A stretch of DNA of 63,680 nt, the filler included, from Folioceros fuciformis (taxonomy: Eukaryota), in the NCBI GenBank assembly GCA_049999805.1. It is 11 parts of 11 records of this genome, joined end to end, with 100 filler letters (N's around TTAATTAATTAA, not from the genome) between each part and the next. Parts side by side here need not be neighbours in the genome. Positions count along the whole stretch, not along the records: positions 1 to 5,148 come from JBNGIO010003329.1; positions 5,249 to 8,937 come from JBNGIO010003330.1; positions 9,038 to 18,222 come from JBNGIO010003333.1; 8 more parts are not named here. One strand, given 5' to 3'. The translations under genes and the position numbers were made by a program. The notes beneath the pieces were generated by a model. The model searched no databases. It was not told the DNA's origin and saw only the letters and a list, made by a program, of their open reading frames with translations. Positions 1 through 10,983 of the stretch are shown here, in pieces (the first letter of the stretch is position 1; each line of letters opens with the position of its first letter).

Positions 1-71
1 TGCCCATACTAGGATAAGGGACCTGCGAGTTCCCCTTATCTGATGGATCAACAGTTACCCTAGAGCCTGTG

Positions 72-1494
72 CTTCAAAGCACGGGTGGTAGCCCGCGGGT
101 TCTCCCAAGTTGAAGGCCTTGACTATCAAGAGACCTTCTCTCCCATGGTACGTGCTCAGTCCATTTGCATCCAACTTGCACTTGTCGCCGAGCTCGACCT
201 AGAGCTCCACCAAATGGACGTAGAGACTGCCTTTCTTTACGGCAACTTGGACGAGGAGCTTTATATGGAGCAGCCCGAAGGCTACGTCAGCAAGCAACAT
301 CCAGGCAAAGTCCTAAGGCTTAGGAAGTGTATCTACGGCCTTTAGCAAAGTGGTCGGGTATGGTATACCACCATGCACACCTACCTCTTGAGCGTCTCTT
401 TTGCCCAGAACATGGCCGACAACAACGTGTACAAGCTGTCCTGAGGCCCTCATTTTGTGATCCTCGCCCTCTATGTTGATGACCTCATTCTTGCAGCAAA
501 CAACCCCGATATGCTGGCAGAGGTTCAGCAACTCCTGGGCGCTCGCTTCGAAATGAAGGACATAAGTGAGCTCCAATTCTGCCTTGGTATCCAAATACTT
601 AGGAATAGAGCAGAAGGGAGACTAGTTATCCACCAGTTCAAGTACATTAATGAGATACTACGGAAGTTCAAGTTGGATCAAGCCAGGTCAGTGTCCACAC
701 CCTATGTTGTGGGCACCAAACTCACATTTGATCAGTGCTCACGGACGGAAGAGGAAGCCAAAGAGATGCAAGCGATTCCCTATCGCCATGCTGTAGGTAG
801 CCTCCTCTTCGTCAATGGATGGACAAGGCCAGACATCCAATACTCTGTCTCCATGGTATCCCAATTCCTGGAGTTGCCTGGCAAGGCACAGTGGTCTCCC
901 GTCAAGAGGGAGTTCCGCTACTTGAAGGGAACCCTAACATATGGGCTTGTATACCAAAGTGGAGGAATAGGCAAGCTCTCACTCACTGGTTATACGGATG
1001 CCGACTGGGCATCTAATCCAGACTCAAGGAAACGTTTGAGCGCACAATGCTTCCTACTATCCGCAGCCACAGTGAATTGGAGCTGCAAGAAGCAGACCTC
1101 CATAGCACTCTCTTCCACGGAGACCGAATACAAGTCTCTTACTGACGCCTCCAAGGAAGCCGAATGGGAAAGGGCTTTCCTATCCGATATTGGCCAGAAG
1201 CAATATCAGCCCACACCCCTTCATTACGACAACATGTCAGCCCTGGCACTGACCTCTAACCCCAAGTTTCACGCCAGGACAAAACACATTGAAATTCAGC
1301 ATCACTACATTCGTGATGTTATGGAGCGCAGGGTGGTACAAGCTGGCTATGTACCTGCTGAAGATAATTTGGCAGACATCCTGACGAAGGGCCTACCCAA
1401 GTTGCGACACTTCCAGCACATGCAAAGGATGGGACTCGTAGATTACACGCCCTACCTCTCTGCTACCCAAGCACAAGGGAAGACTCGTTCGTAA
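72..1494 (+). mobile_element. Ty1/Copia element 1: RT-RNase H region, decayed
   Basis: Motifs KARVVARGFSQ, QMDVETAFL, LYVDDL, GYTDADWA, KHIEIQHHYIRD, ADILTK; in-frame stops at 343 and 442. Confidence 0.95.
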
Positions 1495-1550
1495 GAGGGA
1501 GCACAGCTGTCATTAAGCTTTTGATTGCTGAGCCAGGTTACGTCTTACTT

Positions 1551-1789
1551 AAGAGGGAGTGTTAGAAATAGTTTCTTCTGCTAAGTAACCCATAACCCCA
1601 GTTAGCAGTCAGTTCAAGTTAGGTTAATCACGCTACACCCCCGAACGGTCACACCCCTAGCAAAGAGGTGCCCCGGGCACCTATGAAAGAAACACCTACC
1701 TTTGTACTTTATTTTTATGCTCAATATAAGAAATAGAATGGAATTTAAGACCAAAAAAATCTCACTTCCTACTAATAGGAAAATTTACA
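1551..1789 (+). repeat. Polypurine tract and 3' LTR (~230 bp) of Copia element 1
   Basis: PPT AAGAGGGAG (1551-1559), then TGTTAG at 1560; ends ...TTTACA at 1789, where coding sequence of a second Copia starts. Confidence 0.75.
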
Positions 1790-4700
1790 GAAGTACAAGG
1801 AGCGAAGTCTTTCCTGTAGCAAATCTCGTAGTCGTAACAATGTTGAGTGTGACCATTGTCATAAGAAGGGTCACATCAGAAGGGACTGCGAGAAGTTCAA
1901 GAAGGACAAAGGAAAGAAGAAGAAGCAGAGCGACAACAAGGCAAGTCCGAATATCAAGCGTGACGAGGTGAACTCTGTTGATAATGGAGATGTTCTTATC
2001 TCTTCTTCCTTTGGTTCTGCACAACTGACAGCTGTGGAGAGTCACTTATTCTCTAATTGGATAATTGACTCTAGAGCATCTTTCAATGTTACTCCGGAGG
2101 CATAGGGATTGGTTTAGCACTTATGATGTTACTAGGAAAGGATGTGTTCGGCTTGGAAATAACTACACATGCGAGATTGCAGGCGTTGGTAATGTGCAGC
2201 TGAAGTTCAACAACCGATCTTCATTCGTACTCAAGGATGCTAGGCATGTTTTGAAGTTGACAAAAAGCATGATTAGCGCAGGGAAGTTGGATGATGCTGG
2301 CTACCACTATTGGTTTGGTGATCATTCTTGGAAGATCTCTAAAGGTTCTCTTGTGTTAGCTCGTGGATCAAAGTGTGGCACTTTGTACTCACTTCAGGTA
2401 ACCACTATCAACGATCATGTGATTTGTGTAACGGAACAGCCAAGTGTTTCCTTGTGGCATTGTCAGTTAGGACATGTCTCAAAAAGGATTGAAGATCTTA
2501 TCTCGTTTTGGATACGTCCTTGCTTTTGACTTCTCCGATTTCTCCGCGTGTGAGCACTATTTGTATGGAAAACATACAAACTCACCACATGGAGCAAGAG
2601 GTAAACACAAAAGTAAACCTCTTGAATTGGTTCACAATGACGTTTGTGGACCTATGCCCACTGTATCATTAGGGGGTGCATCCTATTTTGTCACTTTCAT
2701 TGATGATTTCTCATCCAAGGTGTGGGTTTATCCTTTGAGGAAAAAGGATGATGTTCTGACAGTGTTTCAGGATTTGTCACCCTTATGGAGAATTAGTCTG
2801 GCCTCCGACTGAAGTGTCTAAGGACAGACAATGGGGGAGAGTATATTTCGAAGGCTTTCTAGTCATTCTATGATTCCAAGGGAATCAAGAGAGAATTGAC
2901 TACCCTGTATACTCCTCCCCAGAATGGTGTGGCTGAACGGATGAACATGACCATCCAGGAGAGGATGCGTAGTTTGTTGTCACACTCTGGATTGCTTAAC
3001 GCATTTTGGGCAGAAGCAGTGGTTACTGCAGTGCATCTTATTAACAGATCTCCTAATAAGGCTGTGGATGAGCAGGTTCCAGAGGAGATGTGGTCTGGAA
3101 AGAAGCCATCATACAAGCATCTTCGAGTTTCGGGACAAGTTGGCTCCCAAGTCAAGAAAATGTATTTTTCTTGGCTATGGTGAATTTGGTGAGATGGGAT
3201 ACCGTCTATGGGATCCAGAGGCCATTGTTCACAACAATGACGTGTTCTTCAATGAGACCAAGATGCACAAGAAGCCTACTCCAACTATGGAGGCGCGACG
3301 GGTGGTCTTCTAAGAAGATGGACTTGACCGTCTCGCGTAGGTTGAACGTTGTGATGTGTAGGAACCCGTTCCTCCCCTTATGGAAGAGGAGAGAGTGCAA
3401 CCAGCTTCGGTCAAGGCGCCTGTGCTTCGTAGGTCAGGAAGGATTTCACGTCTTCCTGACAAGTATGTTGCATCTCTTGATTATGTCATGTTGACGGATT
3501 GTGGGGAGCCCTCTTGTTGTCAAGAGGCCATGTCAGTGACTGACAAGGACAAGTGGGAGAAGGCGATGCAGTCGCAGATGGATTCGCTCCATAGAACCAA
3601 ACTTGGGAGTTGGTTCGATTGCCTAGGGATAAGAAGGCGTTGCCATGCAGATGGGTATATAAGATGAAGGACATACCCCATTATGGCAAACCCAAGTACA
3701 AGGCACGATTGGTTGCTAAGGGATTTAAGCAACAGCAAGGTATTGACTTTGATGAGATTTTCTCACGAGTTGTCAAAATGACCACCTTGCAATGTGTTCT
3801 TGCTCTGGTTGCGAGGAATGACATGGAACTTGTTCACATGGTGATCTCCAGGAAGAGGTATACATGCGGCAACCAGAGGGTTTCATTGAGAAGGGCAAAG
3901 AGAATATGGTGTGCAAGTTAAAGAAGAGCCTTTATGGTTTGAAAGAGGCACCCAGGGAGTGGTATTACAAGTTCCACTCATTTATGCTTTCTCAAGGCTA
4001 CAAACGTAGCGAGGAGGATCATTGCCTCTATACAAAGCAAGCTAAGGATGGAAGCTTGCTCATTCTGGTCCTATATGTGGATGATATGCTAATTGCTGGG
4101 ACTACTAGTGATGAGATTTCAGCTTTGAAGTCAAAGTTGAATGCTCACTTTGACATGATAGACTTGGGAGAGGCAAGCCATATTCTTGGCATGCGTATTC
4201 GTCGAGACATACAGAAGCATTTGCTTTACTTGTCTTAGACTGAATACATTAACAAGGTGCTTCAACGTTTCAACATGGAGAAGGGGAAGGTATTGAGTAC
4301 TCCGTCGCCTCCATATGTGAAACTTTCGAGCAAGGATTGCCCAAGCTCTGCGGAGGACAAAACTGAAATGGAGAAGGTTCCATACTCATCAGCTGTAGGG
4401 AGTTTGATGTATGCAATGATTGCTACATGTCCTGAAATTGCTTTTGCAGTGGGAGTGGTTAGCAGGTTTATGTCGAACCCAAGCAGGAAGCATTGGGAGG
4501 CAGTGAAAGGAGTTATGAGGTACTTAAATGGTACGAAAGCTTTGTGCTTATGTTTTGGTAGTGAAGATGCATCTGTCGTGGGATATACGGATGCTGATTA
4601 TGCAGGGATATGGACAAAAGGAGGTCCACTTCAGATTATGTCTTCATGTGCACTGGAGGGGTAGTCTCATGGCGGTCTCGTTTGTAGTCGTTTGTTACGC

Positions 4701-5066
4701 TATCTACCATAGAGGCCGAGTATGTTGCAGCAACTGAGGCTTGCAAGGAAGCCATGTGGCTTGCTCGTTTAGAGGGAGATTTGGGGATCAAGGTTGAGCT
4801 GCCAGTGTTGCATTGTGATAGCTAGAGTGCTATCCAATTGGCGAAGAATCCATGTGAAGACCAAACATGCGAAAGTGAAGTATCACTTCATTCGAGAGGT
4901 GTTGGAAGACAAGAGGGTACAACTTGTCAAAGTTCACACCAGCCAAAACCCTGCAGATGTTCTTACCAAGGGGCTCTCTTCGGAGCAATTCGCACAAGCT
5001 CGGACACTCATGGGCATGAGGTAGACCACTCTCCTATGAAGGTAAATTGGCCTTTAAGTGGGAGGT
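1790..5066 (+). mobile_element. Ty1/Copia element 2 (Tnt1/Tork-like): gag Zn knuckle-PR-INT-RT-RH, with many stops and frameshifts
   Basis: CDHCHKKGHIRRDC knuckle; WIIDS protease; LELVHNDVCGP, FIDDFS, PPQNGVAERMN integrase; LYVDDML; ADVLTK; PPT AAGTGGGAGG at 5056-5065. Confidence 0.95.
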
Positions 5067-5148
5067 TGTAGGGTTATTAAAGCGCAATGTGCTTAGACTA
5101 ATGTGTTTAGTCTAAGATTAGTGTCTAGTTAAGTATCATTAGTTTAGA
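5067..5148 (+). repeat. Start of the 3' LTR of Copia element 2, cut by the contig end
   Basis: TGTAGGG directly after the PPT. Confidence 0.7.
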
Positions 5149-5248
5149 NNNNNNNNNNNNNNNNNNNNNNNNNNNNNNNNNNNNNNNNNNNNTTAATTAA
5201 TTAANNNNNNNNNNNNNNNNNNNNNNNNNNNNNNNNNNNNNNNNNNNN
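5149..5248. other. Artificial contig spacer N44-TTAATTAATTAA-N44 (also at 8938, 18223, 31706, 36098, 41941, 44459, 54589, 57562, 59430)
   Basis: Ten identical 100-bp blocks with a six-frame stop linker. Confidence 0.99.
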
Positions 5249-6243
5249 ATATAGATATCTAACTTATCCAATCACAATGCGATAAAAAAGCTTGGCATAT
5301 TGATGATAAATAAAAAATCATTAGAAATTATTGGAAACACTTCGGGTTATGGCAAGAAAGAGCAAGTGGTAGTATGTGAGATATAGACTTGAATCAACTT
5401 AGTTTTGAGACATAAAATATTGATAATGATGATGAGTAACAGTAAGTCAACCAAGCAACACGTGAAGATTTGTTCAATACATATTACATAGAAATAGAAA
5501 TGCTTTTTTGTTAAATGAGGGATTTGAGACTTGAAACAGCATGATTGACCCCTTCTATGTTTTCACAAGAATTTGTTGATTATGAGGTGACAAATACATG
5601 TGCTATCTAGGGCCTCCGCTAGCACACCTCCTCTGGCTTCCAGCAGCTAGTCCCGTCCGTTAGAGGAGCTTGTGTTTGCGCATCTGGTGGAAGAGCTTGC
5701 TATCTTTTATACTCCAGATGCAAATGATACATGGGCTTTTGTTCAACCTCCATCTGAAAATGAAGTTGTCAATGTTGAAAATTCTTTTGGAGAATATTAT
5801 CAAGAAAGGCCTATTTTAGGTCGTGCTCAAGTGGAAGATGCACTTGGGATGATCGGTATATTTTTAGGGCAACAACCAAATGATACTATATCTACAATTA
5901 AAAATTTATAACAAATTGAAAAAGAAGTTTTAAAGTAGGTTAGGTCTTCTTTAAAACAAGTTTCAAAGTAGAAATAACCCATTTTTTGAGGTCAATTTGA
6001 AGTTCATTTCTTATTTTCTTTATTATAAAGTTATAATAAGATTAAGTTATTATATATATTTATTATATATATTTAATAAAAACAAATCATTTTATGTAAA
6101 ATATATTTTATAATTTCCATATTTTAAATAAATTTAAATATTTTATTTTTGATAAATACTTGAATTCTCTAATTGTTACACCTCCCTAAATGTTACCCAA
6201 TGCCCTACTCCCAACAGGTAACATTTAGGGAGGGTGGACTGTA
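5249..6243 (+). mobile_element. pogo/Tigger-like (Tc1/mariner) transposon remnant: transposase 3' end and right TIR
   Basis: KAWHIDDK*KIIRNYWKHFGL resembles the AW..V...TI.NCW.K.G motif; C-terminal KQV..EITHFL; ends GGTAACATTTAGGGAGGGTGGACTG-TA (CAGT-type end, TA target); 17-bp inverted copy at 6181-6197. Confidence 0.6.
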
Positions 6244-7302
6244 TGGAGTGACCGTGTTTTTGCATCCCAGATCGGACGTCGCATGTGCAGAACGGCTTAA
6301 AAGTTGCTTGCTGTCCATATCCGATTACGATTTTTGAAAGAATAAAGAGTTAAGCAAGTTTTTCATAAAGAACTCTCGTTTTAAGAGTTAGAATTCTTTA
6401 CCATGGCCTATTAAGCTAACCTTGGACAAGGTGGTGATGTGCTTAAGGTACCTTTTTCCTGGCTGTACCATAGGGATATTGTTGATGTACACATTCCTTA
6501 GGAGGTACCTTGGGTTGGGTTGAGGATCATATGCTCTTAGAAAGAATTTTGAGTATTGACCACATTTACTAATGAAACCCTGTTGTCCTTCTTCGCCAAA
6601 CAAAGGTTTGCTCTGCCAAAGAAAAGTATGCTCCAAGAGACATCATTGAGCACAAAATAAGAATACTCCTTGCAAGGAAAGGACCACCCTTTGACAAGGA
6701 AAATATATCATGTAGTATTATCACACTACCAATAGCAATTTGTTGCCTGCTCATTAAGCAACAAGATGATGCACCAGTGTTTAAAGAGTCCATTTGCAAC
6801 GAGAAGGTGGGTCCCTAGTCATTGAGCAAGGTTGATCCTCAATCATGAAGGGGCTCAATGAACAAGTTGGGTGCTCACTCATCCAAAGGCACACGAACCT
6901 CATCTCTCGTCTTAAAAAAAGAAGAAGTTAGTGTGCCACGGTCGAACAAGGAGCCAGTATCCATGAGGGCCAACTACCCACTAATAGTGTTTAACGGGAA
7001 TGGATGCTTTTAGGTCCATAGAAGTTTGACTACAGGGCTAGCTGAGGGTTAACTGCCACTAATAGATGCGTAAGTCCATACAAGCTGGACTTTAGGGCCA
7101 AAGAGTAAAGGAGGTAATATAAAATCTTGGGCTAACCAACTAAAGGGCCCACTAAAAGCTGAAAGACCGCGAACATGCAGACTCTATGAGTACCAAGTGA
7201 GAGACGATGATAAGGTTAGACGAACCTGTGCTCTAATCTATAAATGCATTCAAGGCGTGTACAGAAGGGAAGGAGATGCTATAATCTAAAAATATTTTCG
7301 AA

Positions 7303-7376
7303 TGAAATCGAATGCGTCACTCCCCGCTACCGGGCTCCGCACTGAAATCGAATGCGTCACCCCGGCTACCGGGCTC
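7303..7376. repeat. ~40-bp tandem duplication upstream of the PPR gene
   Basis: TGAAATCGAATGCGTCAC...GCTACCGGGCTC twice. Confidence 0.85.
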
Positions 7377-7517
7377 TGAAATTGCTCCTGCATTCTGTTG
7401 ATTTCCAAGATGAACGTGCTGCAACGAGAAAGTTCGATGATATGGCTGTAAAACGTGTTGGCTGTGTTGAGGTCGGGGCAGCAGTAATTCGGAGAAGCTG
7501 GTGCTGCGTATTGGGTT

Positions 7518-8937
7518 ATGGACTGCATTGCGTGTGTGAGCAACCCAGCCGAAAAGCTGGAGCCGGGTTTCGGCATCAGGCTTGACGCTGCTCCCTCAAC
7601 GCATGCTTCCGCTCATCATGGCTGCGTTGCCCGTTGCAAGTCACAGACACAGAAGGCGACAGGGCTTCTTGTGGCAACATCCTTTCTGGACCCAACGAGG
7701 GAGAATCAGTGGGATACCACGTGCGCCGGGAAGAGCTCAGCGTGGTTGGATTTCGAACGGGCACTCGGGGCTCAAACCGTGACTCGACTATCTCAGCAGG
7801 GGCAGCTCTTCAAGGCTGTCGAGGCTTTGGGAGTCGTGGTGCAGAGAGGCGGTGGTGTTTCTCAGTCTGTCCTCTACACTGTGTTCAAGGAATGTGTCGA
7901 CGGTAAGCATCTGGTTCTGGGTCGCCGTGTGCATGCTCTCATTGTGAAAGGGGGGTACGAGCCGGACACGTTCTTGTGCAATCATATCTTGCGGATGTAT
8001 GCTTCCCATGCCAGGTTGCAAGAAGCCATGGATGTGTTTACCGTGGTTACCAAGCCAGATGCCTTCATGTGGTCTTCCATAATTTCTGCACATGTTACAC
8101 ACGGACAAGACAAGACGGCTATAGACTTGTATCATCAGATGCGCAGGTCAGGCGTGAAGCCGGACGGTCATGTGTTCGTAGCAGCCCTCCAGGCTTGTGC
8201 CAAGGGAGCAGACTTGCAATCTGGGCAGCAAGTGCATGCTGATGTTCTGGCTAGTGGCGTCCAGCCCGATGTGTTCGTTTGTAGTGGTTTGGTGGACATG
8301 TATGCAAAGTGTGGCAGCTTGGAAGATGCGCAGAGGGTGTTCGACAGGCTTCCTCAGAAAAATGTTGTGACCTGGAATGCAATGATAGGAGGATATGCTC
8401 AGCAGGGCATGGGTCAGGAAGCCCTTCGTTTGCACTGTGCTATGCAACAAGAAAGCATCGCCGTACCCAACTCTGTGACGTTTGCCTGCCTTCTGCAGGC
8501 ATGTGCGAGTGTTGGCCCGTCTGCTTTGGAGAAGGGGAAGCAGTTTCATGACCAGCTTAGAGTACGAGGACTTCAAGCTGATGTCTTTGCAGCCAGCAGT
8601 TTGGTCAATATGTATGCAAAGTGTGGCAACATAGAGGATGCTCGGAGCGTGTTTGACAGACTTAGTCAGAAAAATGTGGTGACGTGGAATACCATGATAG
8701 CAGCATATGCCCAGCAGGGCGTGGGGCAGGAAGCATTGCTTCTCTACACGGCTATGCAGGAAGAAAGCACTGTTGCACCCGATTCTGTGACATTTCTTTG
8801 CCTGCTTCAGGCATGTGCGAGTGTGGGTACCCCAGCTTTGGAGAAGGGGAAGCAGCTTCATGCACTGGTTCGAGAACGAGGACTCCTAGAGGATTTGTTT
8901 GTAGCAAACAGCTTGGTAGACATGTATGCCAAGTGTG
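7518..8937 (+). CDS. PLS-class pentatricopeptide repeat protein (probable organellar RNA-editing factor), 3' end cut by the contig end
   Basis: Intronless ORF with repeated LVDMYAKCG..EDA..VFD, NVVTWN.MI..YAQQG, P..VTF..LLQACAS; PLS triplets recur every 312 nt. Confidence 0.95.
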
Positions 8938-9037
8938 NNNNNNNNNNNNNNNNNNNNNNNNNNNNNNNNNNNNNNNNNNNNTTAATTAATTAANNNNNNN
9001 NNNNNNNNNNNNNNNNNNNNNNNNNNNNNNNNNNNNN

Positions 9038-9285
9038 GCTTGATTTCTGCCAGGAGCAATTTAAGCGATTGTCAACGGCTGGCTGATGCAGCCGCGATGA
9101 GGAAGGGCTTCAAGGATGTGATCACTGGGCGGTTGATTGGTGGATGGACTGGACTTTCTGGCCCTGCCCTCAGGGCTGCCGTGGTGGAAGGGAAGGCATG
9201 TATTTCGGAACAACAGGTGCTAGAGATGTCACCAGTAGATCTGGAGAGGCGACTTAGAGGTGTGTGCTCCAGACCAGATGCATAG
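9038..9285 (+). CDS. C-terminal fragment of an unknown protein, possibly nucleotidyltransferase-like
   Basis: Frame open from the contig start to TAG; ITGRLIGGWTGLSG..L motif recalled from fungal/viral proteins, unverified. Confidence 0.35.
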
Positions 9286-10983
9286 TTTGACGGCACACAA
9301 AGGGGATTTTTGGAATCTCGAATTCTTTAGGACAGACTACAAACACGCTGCTTTGCTTTGATGTTGCATTGAAACTGAAATCTGCTGCACGTAGCTCGCT
9401 GTTGCATTGGAAATGAAATCTGCTGAAACATCACCTTTGGCAGATGTTTCCATAGTCTCAGATGAGAGTCCAGGGTTACGATGCGTAAGCAACGTGTGGC
9501 GGCCGGAGCTTCACCTTATCCACGAGCTCCCGACAGAATTTGGTCGTCGGCTCGACTGTGTGGCGATGTACGTCCACGCTGTATACATATTTCGCTCGGG
9601 ACCCTTGCGCGCCGCACAGTGGAGCCGTGTCAACAAACTATATGTCGCATGGCGGCTGGAAGCCTCTTGAAGACCCCACACAATTTGTGCTCACAGACCA
9701 GGCTGAAGAACTCTGTGCGCCTAACTTGTGCCGACGTCAATGTTGATACTACAGTCTGCGCAGCCAGAAAAAACCGAGGCGGCATGAGGTGAGTCATGCT
9801 TTTGGCTTGAATTTCCAAATAGAATATGAAACGGATTGTTTGAGGAAGGATAGACAAACTTCTTTGCTCAAGGGACGGATGCCGTGAGCTGGAACATGTA
9901 GCAGGAACAGGCAGAGGAGCAGCATGATCTGGACGATTACGCCCCATTCTTAGCAACTGGGGTCAACTAGCCCTGGTCACGTAGGCCTCAGGGTTTAGAA
10001 GTTTTTGCAGGACGTTATCTCAAGCAACAGGACCGCAGGCTGAGAGAAACTTGAAGGGGTTGCATGCTTCACTTCTACAGAGCCACTGGGGGTGGGACAC
10101 GTATGTAGGGTAGAGAGCAGAAGGCCGTCTTCCGAAGGCCTAGCAGCAGTAGGCCGCAGCTCCAAGGGCACCAACCCTGATCAAGTCTCGTACAAAAAAG
10201 GCTTGAAATTAAATGTTCATACATCTGATCTCCCTGGTTGCCCAAACGCATTTACTGAGGCACAACCAGAAAGTAAGTGCAGACTGGTATCCTGCAGAGA
10301 TGACTTATGACACGGAAGCGGCCAACTTGGGTTCGAGGTGCTTGGGCAACAAGTTAGAGGGCAAACTAGGACCTGTAAGCAAGTGGTCATGTCCTTGAAA
10401 GCGTTCCTTCCGAATACTGTACATCCACAGGCTGCAGGGAGCATCACTACATCCACAGGCAGCAGGGAGCATCACTCCGTCAGAACCTGCGCATTCGGTA
10501 ACTGGGCTTGGAGGATGCCTAGCTGGAGGATGCCAAGGCTGAGCATACAAGCGAAAATAAACAAATGATGTTATAAGAAGTTGTGCCATGAGCTGCGGGG
10601 TCTAGACCCTTGGAAAATTGAAAGCCCTGGCCGCGATGATGATACCGAGAGTGACCACCCTCCTGCTCCCAGTGCTCACAGAATGGGCGAGCAACAAAGG
10701 ACAGGACATAATGGAGGCGCAGCGTTGCAGAGCAGCCAGTCTGTGGCCCGCAACTGGCTACTGTTACTCTTGTTGCGCTTGCCGTGATGCTGCCGCTCCC
10801 TGCCTTTGTTTTGTGTGGGAAGTAGTTAAGAACGACCTGGTACGGGATCCGTAATTCCACTTCCCCAACTACTTGTTCTTCATTGAGCAAACCCTTCACA
10901 TTCCACAAGCAGCAGCTGCAGAGGCGCGGTGATTGCAGAGACAGCGCAGCTCACTGCCCTACCCTGTCCGCCAGACCGGCCAT

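Noticed and set aside
5149-5248. Recurring TTAATTAATTAA as a biological motif, and ORFs ending in XXX-LIN
   Set aside because: Artificial six-frame-stop linker between contigs
6388-6799. Possible LINE ORF1 (DUF4283-like) remnant around GGPFLARSILIL
   Set aside because: Similarity too weak and fragmented to support
7303-7376. tRNA or SINE upstream of the PPR gene
   Set aside because: No cloverleaf or A/B boxes; a simple duplication
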